A stretch of DNA of 64,000 nucleotides, from NCBI RefSeq assembly GCF_015482705.1, contig NZ_JADMLA020000039.1; one strand, 5' to 3'. The translations under genes were made by a program, and so were the position numbers. Below are positions 21,249 through 32,016 of the stretch, piece by piece. How positions within the stretch are numbered: position 1 is the stretch's first letter; each line of letters starts with the position of its first letter. The stretch comes from Prosthecochloris sp. Its GTDB lineage: Bacteria > Bacteroidota > Chlorobiia > Chlorobiales > Chlorobiaceae. A model generated the notes under the pieces. It did not search any database and was not told the origin of the DNA. It saw nothing but the letters and a program-made list of their open reading frames with translations.

Positions 21249-22478
21249 TCATTTTCGATCATTGATTGACATCAGCCAACCGAATGCGGCATAGCTCATC
21301 GCTCCCATACCCGTTGCGATCGATGATTCCTCAGGATCGAACAAGGGCGAATGCAAAAACATGTCTTTTTTACCTGCAACATTTCTTCCAGTCCCAAGTT
21401 TGATGAAAACCCCAGGACAATGTTGAAGGTAATTCGAAAAATCTTCCGCGGTCATCGACGGTTCACATTGTACAACATTTTCCGTTCCGAAGTAACCAAC
21501 CAAAGACTTTCGAAGTGCGCGGGTTGTTTCGGGATCATTGAAAACGACTGGATAACCTTTGACAATTTCAAGTTCAGCCTTGACCCCGAGCCCTTTTGCG
21601 ACATGTTCAACCGTTTCTCTGAGACGCTCCTGTACCTGTGCCCGCACATCCTCGTTCATCGCACGCAGAGTTCCCGATATAACCACTTTTCCAGGGATGA
21701 CATTTGTGGCGTTTCCGCCTTTGATAGAGCATAGTGAGACAACAACCGGCTCATAAGGCGATGCCACCCTACTGACGAGATGCTGCACGGCAGTGATGAT
21801 ATGTGCTGCGGCAAGGATGGGATCCGCAGCCTTGTGTGGAGCCGATGCATGACCACCTTCACCGAAAACCGTAATGTAGAGCTCATCTGCAGCTGCCATG
21901 ACCCCACCTTCATGCAGAGCCACCTTTCCTGCTGGAATATCCGGAAAACAGTGAAGAGCATAAATTGCAGAGGGATCGTATTCTTGAAAAAGACCGGCAT
22001 CTATCAGCATTTTCGCTCCCCCCGGTGCCTTTTCCTCGGCTGGCTGAAAAATGAAAAGCACGGCACCTGGAAGTTTTTCCCGTATTTCCGACAGTACCGC
22101 AGCGGTACCGAGCAAAATAGCTGTGTGCATGTCATGCCCGCAGGCATGCATCCGGCCTTGTTCTCGAGAACAAAAATCATGGGTATTTTCTTCCTGCAGC
22201 GGAAGAGCGTCGATATCTGCCCGAAGCGCAACAAGTGAGCTTGCCTTATCGCTTCCCCCACCTTCAAGAAGAGCGACAACGCCGGTATCGAGAAAATCAT
22301 GCTCTATTGTAAGCCCGAGCTTCAGGAGATAGTCACGAATCAAAGCCGTTGTGCGAAATTCCTGAAACGAAAGTTCGGGATGACGGTGAATCTCACGCCG
22401 TATCCCAACAATCTCGGGATACACTTCATCAACCTTTTCCTTGATTTTTTCAATAATGGACAAGGGATTTTCAGACAT
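21249..22478 (-). CDS. M20D-family amidohydrolase (N-acyl-L-amino acid amidohydrolase / hippurate hydrolase-like)
   Basis: 409 aa. HRHPELSFQE, MHACGHDMH, and dimerisation-domain layout typical of M20D. Confidence 0.8.
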   Translation of the reverse strand: MSENPLSIIEKIKEKVDEVYPEIVGIRREIHRHPELSFQEFRTTALIRDYLLKLGLTIEHDFLDTGVVALLEGGGSDKASSLVALRADIDALPLQEENTHDFCSREQGRMHACGHDMHTAILLGTAAVLSEIREKLPGAVLFIFQPAEEKAPGGAKMLIDAGLFQEYDPSAIYALHCFPDIPAGKVALHEGGVMAAADELYITVFGEGGHASAPHKAADPILAAAHIITAVQHLVSRVASPYEPVVVSLCSIKGGNATNVIPGKVVISGTLRAMNEDVRAQVQERLRETVEHVAKGLGVKAELEIVKGYPVVFNDPETTRALRKSLVGYFGTENVVQCEPSMTAEDFSNYLQHCPGVFIKLGTGRNVAGKKDMFLHSPLFDPEESSIATGMGAMSYAAFGWLMSINDRK

Positions 22479-22513
22479 ACATCGGATGTAGGAAGGATTG
22501 TAAGGAAACGACG

Positions 22514-23206
22514 TTACATGTCGATGTAACGCATGAATTCAAGGGCTTTTTCGCGGAGTGCGTCAGCTCCTGTGCCTGCAGAAGGCTTCGCGTAACGAAT
22601 AAGGTAACCGTACTTTTCAAGATTGGTAACCAGTCGGTAGATATCCTGGCACTGAATTCTGAAAGTCATTGCCATAGTCTGCGCTCCGGGTTCAGGCTCG
22701 GCCACACCGAAACTGAGCACCATCGCATCGTTTTTTTCTATGACGCTGATGACTTCAGAAATTTTAACCCCCAGAGCAGGCGCTTCAATCTCAAGAGTAG
22801 ATCCTGCTTCTGAAAAATGAAATAACAGGGCGATTTCCCGAAGAAGTCCGGATTTCGTGACAACGCCTTCATAGTCGCCATCGTCTCCTTTTACCGGAAG
22901 AATATTGGACAAACGGTTATCGCCCATTTGCTCGAACAGGTCGAGCAAATGTTGATCTCCATGCACTGCCTCAGGCTCATCGAATGAAAGGTCTTCAAGC
23001 CTCATCCCGGGTTCATCCTCTTCATAAGCTTTTGCCGCCTCGTGTAATTCATCAACAGAGACCTGCGCGATAAGCTTACCGTCTTTCAAAACCGGTGCCT
23101 CGTGAAGCCCTTGCTCCTGTAGCTGTGCAAGTGCGTTACGAACCTTTTCCGATGCCTGAAGTACCGGGTAACGTTCATCTATATATCGTTGTATAACGCT
23201 CATCAA
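22514..23206 (-). CDS. CBS-domain pair protein with C-terminal ACT-like domain (AcuB-like)
   Basis: 230 aa. Two CBS-like modules (EAPVLKDGKLIAQVSVDEL and ILPVKGDDGDYEGVVTKSGLL), then a small alpha/beta regulatory-type domain. Confidence 0.6.
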   Translation of the reverse strand: MMSVIQRYIDERYPVLQASEKVRNALAQLQEQGLHEAPVLKDGKLIAQVSVDELHEAAKAYEEDEPGMRLEDLSFDEPEAVHGDQHLLDLFEQMGDNRLSNILPVKGDDGDYEGVVTKSGLLREIALLFHFSEAGSTLEIEAPALGVKISEVISVIEKNDAMVLSFGVAEPEPGAQTMAMTFRIQCQDIYRLVTNLEKYGYLIRYAKPSAGTGADALREKALEFMRYIDM

Positions 23207-23403
23207 AAAAAGTCAAAAGTATAAAACTTAAAATTGTAAATAAGCCTAAATCCTGCCGTACAATCTACGGTTCATTTTTTTCAACGAATTCATACTCTCC
23301 TTTCCCTTATAATTACAACAGGAAACAAGCTCACCCTTACCAGGATCATTTCCAATACCGTTTACTACCCAGCATACAAACAATCTCTCAACCGGTAAAA
23401 TTC

Positions 23404-23832
23404 CTAAGGCTCGATTTTTGCGACTCGACGTTGATGGCGTCCTCCTTCAAACTCAGCCGCAAACCAGTTTTCAAGGCTTTTTTCTATGGTTTCCGAATCA
23501 CTGTAACGGGCAGGAAAACACAGAACATTCGCATTGTTGTGCTGCCTCGCAAGACTTGCTATTTCGGGGTTGAAGGCCAGTGCCGCACGAATCCCCTTCA
23601 CCTTGTTGGCTGTGATCGATACCCCTACACCACTACCACAAAGCAATACCCCCTGTTCGTATAGACCGTCTGCAACTGCTTCTGCAACCTTTCGGGCATA
23701 ATCCGGATAATCGACAGAATCATCTGAATACGTCCCCATGTCGTTTACCTCATGGCCATTCTTTTCGAGCCACGAATAAACGGTTTTCTTTAGTTCATAA
23801 CCTGCGTGATCGCTTCCAATAGCTAATTTCAT
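23404..23832 (-). CDS. rpiB: Ribose-5-phosphate isomerase B
   Basis: 142 aa. [15 protein letters not shown] and [14 protein letters not shown]. Confidence 0.92.
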   Translation of the reverse strand: MKLAIGSDHAGYELKKTVYSWLEKNGHEVNDMGTYSDDSVDYPDYARKVAEAVADGLYEQGVLLCGSGVGVSITANKVKGIRAALAFNPEIASLARQHNNANVLCFPARYSDSETIEKSLENWFAAEFEGGRHQRRVAKIEP

Positions 23833-25985
23833 AATCCGTTGACTTTAAATTTACTGATTGATTTTTTCTTCGACGCCTGGTTGAGAAAAATTTTCTGGCT
23901 GTTTATCTCAGGTTCGTCATTCTTGACTCTGGAATAAGCTCCTTCAGCATTCATTTCCCAAGCCTTGACATTATCACCGAGGATAAGTTCAAGCTCCGAT
24001 TTTGCAACTTCTATCAGCTCCTTGTCCATAATCGGAAACAATGCCTCCACTCTATGGTCAAGGTTTCTCGGCATGACATCGGCACTTCCGAGATACAGCT
24101 CATCCATACCGCCGTTCCGAAAATAATACGCTCTGCTGTGTTCTAAAAATCTTCCGATAACACTTATAACACGAATATGCTCACTAACTCCTTTGATTCC
24201 GGGAATGAGACAGCATATTCCCCTGATGACCAAGTCAATCGAAACCCCCGCGCATGATGCCCTGTAGAGTGCCTTGATGGTTTTTCTATCAACGAGAGCA
24301 TTCATTTTCATGATAATCTTTCCATTCCCTTCTTTTTTATGCCATTCAACCTCACGATCGATCATCTCGATAATCCTCTGTCGGGTGTTGACCGGAGAAA
24401 CAATCAGTTTCCTGTAGGTTGTATGCTTGGAGTACCCGGTCAAAGCGTTGAAAAGTTCGGACACGTCATTTGCAAGCATATCGTTAGACGTCAGATAACT
24501 GTAATCCGTATAAATCTTTGCTGTAAACGGGTTATAATTTCCGGTTCCGAGATGAAGATAACGCTTTAGCTTATCATGCTCTTTGCGAACGATAAGCGTC
24601 AGTTTTGCATGTGTTTTTAGCCCCACAAGACCGTAGACGACATGTGCCCCGACATCCTCGAGCGCCCGCGCCCAACCGATATTGTTTTCTTCATCAAAAC
24701 GTGCTTTCAGTTCAACAAGAACCGCTACCTGCTTGCGCTGTTCGACTGCATTCATCAATGCTTTGACCACCGGCGAATTGTTACCGACCCTATAGAGAGT
24801 TTGTTTGATGGAAAGCACTTGCGGATCATTAGCCGCCTGATTGATAAAATCGACAACAGGCTGGAATGAATCATACGGATGGTAGAGCAGGTGATCCCCT
24901 TGTCGAATCGCACTGAAAACATCCCCGCCTACTTTCTCCTCTATAGGGTTATGAGGAGCAAAAGGCTCATCTTTGAGTTCGGGTTTTTCAATCTTCATCA
25001 TCTCCATCAGATCGCTCACACCAAGAACACCGGAAATTTCATAGAGGCTTTGGGTATTGACTTCAAGATTTTTTATCAGAATGTTCCTCACCGATTCAGG
25101 CATTGTCGGCGTTACGTCCAAACGAACGACCTTACCGTATCTTCTAGAACGTATACCCTTTTCTATGGTTTCGAGTAGATCTCCAGCCTCGTCTTCTTCA
25201 ATCTCGATATCGGCATCACGGATAACCCTGAACGGATGGCTCTGTACAACCCGCATGTGGGGAAACAATTGTTCGAGGTTGTTCTGAATAAGATCCTCCA
25301 GCCAGAGTAACCGTATTGTATCATCCTTGAAATCAAGCCCTTCAATTGTATCGAGACGGAGTATCCGCGGCAAAATACTCGGGACCTTCACTCTTGCGAA
25401 CTTCATCACTTGGGTTTCAAGGTCCTCCAGTTCAACAGCGAGATTGAGGGAGAGATTCGAAACGAAAGGAAAGGGATGACCGGGATCAACCGCAAGGGGG
25501 GTAAGAACAGGAAAAATTTCGTTGCGAAAATATCTTTGCAGCCCCTTTTTCTTGTTTTCATCGAGCGTTTTGTATTGGACAAACTCGATACCGTTCTTCT
25601 TCAGCCTCGGACAAATATCGTTATATAGGCAGTCGTTTCTTTGTCGGAACTGTTCGATTACTTTCTCGCGGATTTTCTCTATTTGTTCCTGAGGTGTCAG
25701 TCCATCGATCGAACGGTCCTGTATGCCGGCCTCGTACTGGTCTTGAAGCCCCGCGACCCTAATCATAAAAAACTCGTCGAGATTCGAACTGAAAATCGAA
25801 ATGAATTTCACCCTTTCAAGCAAGGGATGAGCATCCGGAGACAATGCTTCTTCAAGTACCCTCTGGTTGAAGGATACCCAACTCAATTCGCGGTTCACAT
25901 AATAAGCGGTACTCTCGAAATCATGCGGTGTTATGGGAGTCTTTATCGATTCTACATTCTGATCCATTGTGAAAACTGTTTTCAC
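23829..25985 (-). CDS. ppk: Polyphosphate kinase 1
   Basis: 718 aa. [20 protein letters not shown]-terminus, phospho-His context [13 protein letters not shown], and C-terminal PLD-like [15 protein letters not shown]. 4-nt ATGA overlaps with both neighbours. Confidence 0.93.
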   Translation of the reverse strand: MKTVFTMDQNVESIKTPITPHDFESTAYYVNRELSWVSFNQRVLEEALSPDAHPLLERVKFISIFSSNLDEFFMIRVAGLQDQYEAGIQDRSIDGLTPQEQIEKIREKVIEQFRQRNDCLYNDICPRLKKNGIEFVQYKTLDENKKKGLQRYFRNEIFPVLTPLAVDPGHPFPFVSNLSLNLAVELEDLETQVMKFARVKVPSILPRILRLDTIEGLDFKDDTIRLLWLEDLIQNNLEQLFPHMRVVQSHPFRVIRDADIEIEEDEAGDLLETIEKGIRSRRYGKVVRLDVTPTMPESVRNILIKNLEVNTQSLYEISGVLGVSDLMEMMKIEKPELKDEPFAPHNPIEEKVGGDVFSAIRQGDHLLYHPYDSFQPVVDFINQAANDPQVLSIKQTLYRVGNNSPVVKALMNAVEQRKQVAVLVELKARFDEENNIGWARALEDVGAHVVYGLVGLKTHAKLTLIVRKEHDKLKRYLHLGTGNYNPFTAKIYTDYSYLTSNDMLANDVSELFNALTGYSKHTTYRKLIVSPVNTRQRIIEMIDREVEWHKKEGNGKIIMKMNALVDRKTIKALYRASCAGVSIDLVIRGICCLIPGIKGVSEHIRVISVIGRFLEHSRAYYFRNGGMDELYLGSADVMPRNLDHRVEALFPIMDKELIEVAKSELELILGDNVKAWEMNAEGAYSRVKNDEPEINSQKIFLNQASKKKSISKFKVNGL

Positions 25986-26584
25986 TGTTTATAAATTCTT
26001 ATCACCTCAGCTTCGGTAACAATACAATCAAGCCCCTCATCCCAGGGGTCATCGGGTATTTTATCGCGCAGTTGAAATGAAAAGGCAAGAGCGATGACGA
26101 AAGGGCTCTTTCCTTTTTCCCGGAGCCCAGAAATGAAACGATCGTAATACCCCTTTCCATATCCGAGACGTCTCCCTTCCCTATCCACGGCAACAGCAGG
26201 AACAATAACAACATCCGGCGACTTCTCGATACCGGCTCTTGCATCGAGAGGTTCAGGCTGACCGAACTTTCCGGTAACTACCGGATCGCCATTGTTGAAA
26301 GGCACAGCACAGAGGGTCTTGTCACAGGAAACGGGAACAAATATGCTGGCAGCATCTTCAGCTGCAACAAGATCAATAAGAGGGGCTGTATCAACTTCAC
26401 GCCGGTCGTTCATCGAAAGGTAAAACATAACGCTATCTGCACGACGAAGTTCCGGAACCTGAAAAGCCATTTCAGCAATGAGAAGACTTCCTGACCTCCA
26501 TTCATTAACGTTCATCGACGCTCGAACATTCCTCAACTCATTTCTGATTGCATCTTTACGACTCGACATACAATAGACGTCCAT
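25982..26584 (-). CDS. 5-formyltetrahydrofolate cyclo-ligase
   Basis: 200 aa. Family motif GYGKGYYDR and [10 protein letters not shown]. The start may be the internal M6. Confidence 0.85.
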   Translation of the reverse strand: MDVYCMSSRKDAIRNELRNVRASMNVNEWRSGSLLIAEMAFQVPELRRADSVMFYLSMNDRREVDTAPLIDLVAAEDAASIFVPVSCDKTLCAVPFNNGDPVVTGKFGQPEPLDARAGIEKSPDVVIVPAVAVDREGRRLGYGKGYYDRFISGLREKGKSPFVIALAFSFQLRDKIPDDPWDEGLDCIVTEAEVIRIYKQ

Positions 26585-26869
26585 TCAGGATTTCAACGCT
26601 TTAAGCATAAACTTATAAGATACTAATTTACTTCTTTGTTCGAGCCCACTGTAACAAAGGCGTGACATTTTTGGAACCAGGCGGCCACGAAATGGATTAA
26701 CGGACACTCAATCATCGAAGCATGACTCGCTCCATGGAGCGAACACCGGGTAAACAGACAATCATCATACGAAAACGAAACTCCCGATTATTGGAATAAT
26801 TCCTACATTTCCAGTATTCTCAGAAACTGCGAGCAACACGTTTACTCTACGATCAATATTGTCATTCGC

Positions 26870-27595
26870 ATGAACTTCATATCAGCCTCCTCTCTTGAAC
26901 CTTCTTCAATTTTCTGTGTCGGCAAAAACTATCAGCGACATGCAGAAGAAATGCTGCAATGGGAAACGAACAACGATAATGCCAGAAGAAATGCTGAAAA
27001 ACCCGAAGAACCGATCATATTCCTGAAACCAGCTGCCGCTCTGTCCCGCAATGGTAGAGTAAAGGTTCCTCATTTTCATGGAAAACCGATATCGAAAAAC
27101 CTGCATTACGAAACGGAGTTAGTGGTACTTATCGGTAAAGATGCAAAAAACGTCACTACAGAAAACGCCATGTCCTTTATTGATGGTTATGGCGTCGGAC
27201 TCGATATGACATTACGGGATGTTCAGATGGATGCAAAAGCAAAAGGAGAACCCTGGTTGAAATGTAAAGGTTTCACAAGCAGCGCTCTAGTATCGGATAT
27301 GGTCCCGGTAACTCGCGTTATCAACCCTGAAACGCTTGTATTCGACCTTTCTCTCAACGGTGTTGTTGTCCAGGAGGGTAAGGTTGAAAAGATGCTGTTC
27401 AATATCGCTGAGCTGATCTCTTATTTATCGTATATTTACGGGTTGCGCGCGGGCGACCTTCTATTCACAGGAACCCCTGAAGGGGTAGGAAAAGCAAACA
27501 ACGGCGATGTACTGCACGCTGAACTCCTACAGAATGACTGCTGTAAAAGTTCAGCCCTTCTGACCACGCTCGACGCTATAGTGGAAACAGTTTAA
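26870..27595 (+). CDS. Fumarylacetoacetate hydrolase (FAH) family protein
   Basis: 241 aa. FCVGKNYQRHAEEM, YETELVVLIGKD and LFTGTPEGVG. Confidence 0.85.
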   Translation: MNFISASSLEPSSIFCVGKNYQRHAEEMLQWETNNDNARRNAEKPEEPIIFLKPAAALSRNGRVKVPHFHGKPISKNLHYETELVVLIGKDAKNVTTENAMSFIDGYGVGLDMTLRDVQMDAKAKGEPWLKCKGFTSSALVSDMVPVTRVINPETLVFDLSLNGVVVQEGKVEKMLFNIAELISYLSYIYGLRAGDLLFTGTPEGVGKANNGDVLHAELLQNDCCKSSALLTTLDAIVETV

Positions 27596-27622
27596 CTTTC
27601 ATTCATACAGGCTAAAGTAATC

Positions 27623-28945
27623 ATGAGCATACTTTTCAAGAACGCAAGACTTATAAACCCTGCCCAGAACCTTGACATGCAGGGATCGATAAAGGTTTCG
27701 GAAACAGGGATGATAGAAACGATTACATTTGGAGATGAATCCATCTCTTCGGAACCGAATGACAGCACCATCGATATGAGCGGCAAGATTATCGCATCAG
27801 GACTATTCGATATGCACTGCCACTTCAGAGAACCCGGTCAGGAATACAAGGAAACACTCGAAACAGGTTCCAGAGCGGCGGTTGCAGGAGGGTTTACAGG
27901 GGTGGCCGTCATGCCTAACACAAAGCCGGTAATCGATAGCCCTCTTGGCGCCGCTTTCATCAAACACAACGCAAAAGACCTGCCGATCGATATAGAAATC
28001 ATCGCTGCGATGACCGAAGGAAGCGCAGGGGAAAAACTTTCGCCATATGGAAAACTTTGTTCATATGGTGTCAGAGCGATATCGGATGACGGTACCGCCG
28101 TTCAGACCAGCCGGATGATGCGGTTGATCTTCGAATATGCCGCAAGCTTCGGTCTGCTTATGATACAGCACTGTGAAGATACCTCCCTCTCTTCGGAAGG
28201 TATCATGAACGAAGGCGGCCACTCTGCTCTTCTCGGGTTGAAAGGAATACCGGATGTGGCTGAAATCATCACGCTGGCTCGGGATATCAATCTCATGGAA
28301 TATCTCCAGAAACACAAGCTCAATCCACCGGTTGCATCCCCGAGATACCATGTGGCTCATATCAGCACTGCTGGAACTCTCGACTTGGTCCGTCAGGCAA
28401 AAGCCAAAGGCATGCAGGTTACCTGTGAGGTAACCCCTCATCACTTCACACTCACCGAACAGGACCTTTACGATGCCGAAGACAAGGGCAATTTCATTAT
28501 GAAACCACCGCTGTGCAGCAAGGAAAATCATGAAGCCATTCTCGAAGGGCTCTCCGACGGCACGATCGATGCAATAGCCTGCGACCATGCGCCGCATGCA
28601 CGCCATGAAAAAGAGTGTCCTGCAGATCAGGCGGCGTTCGGCATCATTGGCCTTGAAACATCAGTCGGCCTGACACTTTCAGAACTGGTACATACCGGAA
28701 AAATAACGCTCTACAGGGCTATCGAACTCCTCTCTTCCAATCCGAGAAAGATCATGGGACTCACCCCCATCCTCTTCGAACCCGGCAGTCCGGCGAATTT
28801 CACCTTCATCGATCCCGAAGAAACCTGGACCTACACTGAAGATCTCGTTCACTCCAAATCAAGAAATACCCCTTTTCTCAACCGAACCATGAAAGGACGA
28901 GCTTTAGGCATCTACCACAAGGGGATGTTGCATGGTTTGGGGTAA
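27623..28945 (+). CDS. pyrC: Dihydroorotase (long, multifunctional-complex type)
   Basis: 440 aa. DMHCHFREPG (HxH), ISDDG, HVAHISTAG and ACDHAPH. Confidence 0.88.
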   Translation: MSILFKNARLINPAQNLDMQGSIKVSETGMIETITFGDESISSEPNDSTIDMSGKIIASGLFDMHCHFREPGQEYKETLETGSRAAVAGGFTGVAVMPNTKPVIDSPLGAAFIKHNAKDLPIDIEIIAAMTEGSAGEKLSPYGKLCSYGVRAISDDGTAVQTSRMMRLIFEYAASFGLLMIQHCEDTSLSSEGIMNEGGHSALLGLKGIPDVAEIITLARDINLMEYLQKHKLNPPVASPRYHVAHISTAGTLDLVRQAKAKGMQVTCEVTPHHFTLTEQDLYDAEDKGNFIMKPPLCSKENHEAILEGLSDGTIDAIACDHAPHARHEKECPADQAAFGIIGLETSVGLTLSELVHTGKITLYRAIELLSSNPRKIMGLTPILFEPGSPANFTFIDPEETWTYTEDLVHSKSRNTPFLNRTMKGRALGIYHKGMLHGLG

Positions 28946-29166
28946 GAAAACCACACCCGCAGGCATGGTATAACGCTCTACCCACACGAATTCCGGACCA
29001 GGCCGTTGCGGCCTTGTCGCTACACAAGATTCCAAAGGAAGTAAAAAAAACCAGCAACAACAATACCGATAACATTCTACCTTCATATTCCTTTCTCTTC
29101 CGACAGGTTCCAGAAACACTGTTCATTTGTTCTATACAGACGAAGGAAAAAAGGTTTAAAACGCAC

Positions 29167-29508
29167 CTATCGCTTTTCTATCAACCCTTTCGAAAGTAAT
29201 ATCTCTTCGGCTTTTTCACCGTTCTCGACCGTAAAACCGATATCCATCCTCTGGTTCTTCAACGACATGATGAAAATTCTGTCACGCATGGGTCGGTTCA
29301 CATCCAGCGGAAACCACGTCTTGAACCCCCCTGTCCCGTGCAATCGCCACTTTCCCCGCCGAAGTGACGGCTCTACGACAATCATCATCTCGATGTCATC
29401 AAACGGCACCACCTTTTTTTTACCGGTTGGAAAATAGTAGTTACGGAAGATGATTTCCTTATCGGCTATCGTTATGAGCTTGTCTGCATATGTGTTGTCC
29501 GAGATCAT
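29167..29508 (-). CDS. Hypothetical protein (possibly bacterial PH-like fold)
   Basis: 113-aa ORF with no overlapping better ORF. No motif recognised. Confidence 0.4.
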   Translation of the reverse strand: MISDNTYADKLITIADKEIIFRNYYFPTGKKKVVPFDDIEMMIVVEPSLRRGKWRLHGTGGFKTWFPLDVNRPMRDRIFIMSLKNQRMDIGFTVENGEKAEEILLSKGLIEKR

Positions 29509-29591
29509 GTGCTCACACTTTTTACGGCAATGCGATTGAAACCTGACTGATTTGAAAATCTTAAAAAAAACTGAATCTCAGAACCCTTTTA

Positions 29592-30593
29592 TCAGATTTT
29601 CCAGAAATGCACCAGACTGAACCACTGGTTTTCGTCGGAAAAGATCCTTTTGACTGCAAGCTCTGCATGTTCTCCCAACAGCCGAATATCCTTTTCCTCG
29701 AATTTGTGCGAGTTCTCGGTGTGGATGGTTTCCCCTTTTTTGATCCCACTATCCTCTTTTAAATACGGACTTTTGATCCGTATATCTTTCTTCGCTTCGA
29801 GATGCATTTCAATACGCATTTCTTCCTGATTGTAAAATGCCCTGTGCTCGAAATCTTCGGTATCAAAATCCGATTTGATCAGCCTGTTTATAACGTTGAG
29901 AATATTTTTGTTGAATCGTGCTGTCAGGCCCTGAACATCGTTATAGGCACTTTCAAGAACCGACACCTCCTTTACTCGATCGAATCCTATCAGAAAGCTG
30001 TCTCCGGGATTCATCGTCTCGCTTATATTACGGACAAACTGCACCGCATCTCCTCTGTCGAGATTGCCTATGGTGCTTCCGAGAAAACAGTACAGTTTCT
30101 TTCTCTCTCCGGATACAAGATGCATCTGATGTATATAATCGGCGACGATCCCCTGAACAGCAAGCTCAGGAAACATGCAGATCAGTTCTTTTACTGATGC
30201 TTCGAGGGCCGGATGGCTGATATCGACTGGAAAGTATCGAATACCCAACAATTGTTTCACCGGAATTTTTTCCAGAAAAAGGGAGATCTTGCTGTGGTCG
30301 CCACTGCCAAGCTCTACTATATCGACCTCGGAACAATCGGTAATCGCACGAAACGGCAACACCCGAAGAATGCTCTTTTCTGTTCGTGAAGGGTAATATT
30401 CATCGAGAGTGGTAATGTTTTCGAAAAGCTCCGATCCTTTTTTATCGTAAAAGTATTTGCTTGCTATCCGTTTCGGCCGGGCATGCAAACCGGTGATTAT
30501 TTCTTGGATTGCCGCTTCGAGACCGATTTCCGGAAGATGGTTGACGATGGTCGCAGAACCACATTCGAAAACATTTCTGGTAGTATAATCCAT
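29592..30593 (-). CDS. eanA: EgtD-type L-histidine N-alpha-methyltransferase (EanA-like)
   Basis: The ORF extends to 30695 and would then overlap eanB; the ATG at 30593 (MDYTTRN..., 333 aa) is preferred. KYFYDKKGSELFENITTLDEYYPSRTEKSIL closely parallels the EgtD N-terminal signature. ELGSGDHSK SAM motif and FLGSTIGNL. Confidence 0.85.
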   Translation of the reverse strand: MDYTTRNVFECGSATIVNHLPEIGLEAAIQEIITGLHARPKRIASKYFYDKKGSELFENITTLDEYYPSRTEKSILRVLPFRAITDCSEVDIVELGSGDHSKISLFLEKIPVKQLLGIRYFPVDISHPALEASVKELICMFPELAVQGIVADYIHQMHLVSGERKKLYCFLGSTIGNLDRGDAVQFVRNISETMNPGDSFLIGFDRVKEVSVLESAYNDVQGLTARFNKNILNVINRLIKSDFDTEDFEHRAFYNQEEMRIEMHLEAKKDIRIKSPYLKEDSGIKKGETIHTENSHKFEEKDIRLLGEHAELAVKRIFSDENQWFSLVHFWKI

Positions 30594-30633
30594 GGGGGAT
30601 CGTCGTTGATTCTTGATAGCCGCAGTATAAACA

Positions 30634-31935
30634 TCATTTCGGCATACCTGTTGCATAAGGATTCGCAGGATCGCTGCTCCACTCGAACCACCCACCGTCG
30701 TAGACCGACACTCGCGGCCACCCCATCAATAACGCGTTGAACCATGCTTCACTTCCCCGCCAACCGGTACCGCAATAAAATGCAAGGTGCTTTTCGGAAA
30801 CGATCCCGGATCGTTTCCAAACGGCGTCAATCTCATGGTACTCACGCGTGGTGTGGTCGAGATTACGATAATTTTCCATGTGATAGGCATCGCTGCCGCA
30901 ATCGGCGAACACCGCCCCCGGGATGCGTCCTTTCTTTTTGATATAGTTGTATCCGCTTACCTCACCTATATACTCAGGGTAGCTTCTAACGCAGACCAGA
31001 TCGGCATCTTTCGACAGAAGCATCTGTTTCGCTTCAGGCGTATCGACCGCGAGTTCCGGCCTGACCGGTATCATAGAACCGAACGATTCAGCCGGTTGTT
31101 TCGGCACATCGTCCATACTGATTTCATATCCGGCATCCACCCAGGAACGATAGCCACCATTCAAAACACGCACATCCTTTACACCGGCATACATCATGAT
31201 GAAAGCAAGACGGATAGCTCCTATATGCCCTGCCGCGCTGCCGGGAAAATCATCGGCGTTATCAGGCTGCATGAACTTGCCATAAAGAACGACTGTTGTA
31301 TCAGCGGTTATCCCGTGCTGTTCGAGAGCGGCTTTCAACTCCTCCGGACTGCGCCGGTTCCATGTTTCTGGTGATTCGAGCGCCAGTGTATCCATATCGA
31401 CGGCCCCCGGTATATGCCCGCTCAAATAAGCATCACGGTTCCGGTAGTGAGCATGACAAACAACAAATCGATCGCTGCCGTACCCCTCGGGAGCTGCACC
31501 TGCTATAAGCATCTTCACCCATTCAGGTGAAACAAGCCGGTGATAGTTGACGAGTTTCTGCATCGGCAACATATCGTTCACCGACCATTCCGATATAAAC
31601 CGATTGTACACAGAAACCTTGTCATAACCGTTTTCCCTGAACTTTGCTGCCGTTTTATCGCTTTGTTCCGGAGTATATCCGTATATCACAACAGGATGGT
31701 CCGGCAAGATGTTCTTGAACTGCAGAATCCTGAGCCAGTCAGAGTAAGGAAGCCACTTTTCAGGCAATGTTTTTGCCCCCTTGATATGCCCGCCCCGAGC
31801 CTCGTTCTGCATCCGCCAACCGTTATAAGCATCTATTGAACGCACGTCGATGACTGCTACATCATCATTTTCCAGAAGCTCCTGCAATGCTTCTGTCGTC
31901 ATTTCTTTTGATTCAGGCATGGTATTTTGTTTCAA
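30634..31935 (-). CDS. eanB: Rhodanese-domain sulfurtransferase, EanB-like ergothioneine synthase
   Basis: 433 aa with tandem rhodanese-like domains. Active-site loop FYCGTGWRGSEAWF near the C-terminus. Located immediately upstream of the EgtD homologue. Confidence 0.75.
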   Translation of the reverse strand: MKQNTMPESKEMTTEALQELLENDDVAVIDVRSIDAYNGWRMQNEARGGHIKGAKTLPEKWLPYSDWLRILQFKNILPDHPVVIYGYTPEQSDKTAAKFRENGYDKVSVYNRFISEWSVNDMLPMQKLVNYHRLVSPEWVKMLIAGAAPEGYGSDRFVVCHAHYRNRDAYLSGHIPGAVDMDTLALESPETWNRRSPEELKAALEQHGITADTTVVLYGKFMQPDNADDFPGSAAGHIGAIRLAFIMMYAGVKDVRVLNGGYRSWVDAGYEISMDDVPKQPAESFGSMIPVRPELAVDTPEAKQMLLSKDADLVCVRSYPEYIGEVSGYNYIKKKGRIPGAVFADCGSDAYHMENYRNLDHTTREYHEIDAVWKRSGIVSEKHLAFYCGTGWRGSEAWFNALLMGWPRVSVYDGGWFEWSSDPANPYATGMPK

Positions 31936-32016
31936 TTCGGTTGCAGCGGATGACAGGTTATCGTCATCATCTCGGTAACGACCAACTACCGGTACTTCAT
32001 CATTCAGTGATGCTCT

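Noticed and set aside
23250-23290. Hairpin CCGTA-CAATC-TACGG followed by a T-run on the plus strand, between the CBS-protein gene and rpiB
   Set aside because: It is oriented as a plus-strand terminator, but both flanking genes are on the minus strand and no plus-strand ORF or promoter precedes it. This is insufficient to call an sRNA.
28878-29126. 71- and 82-aa minus-strand ORFs after pyrC
   Set aside because: They overlap the pyrC 3' end and a GGCCG-TTG-CGGCC hairpin. They are Cys/Trp-rich, odd in composition, and lack translation signals.
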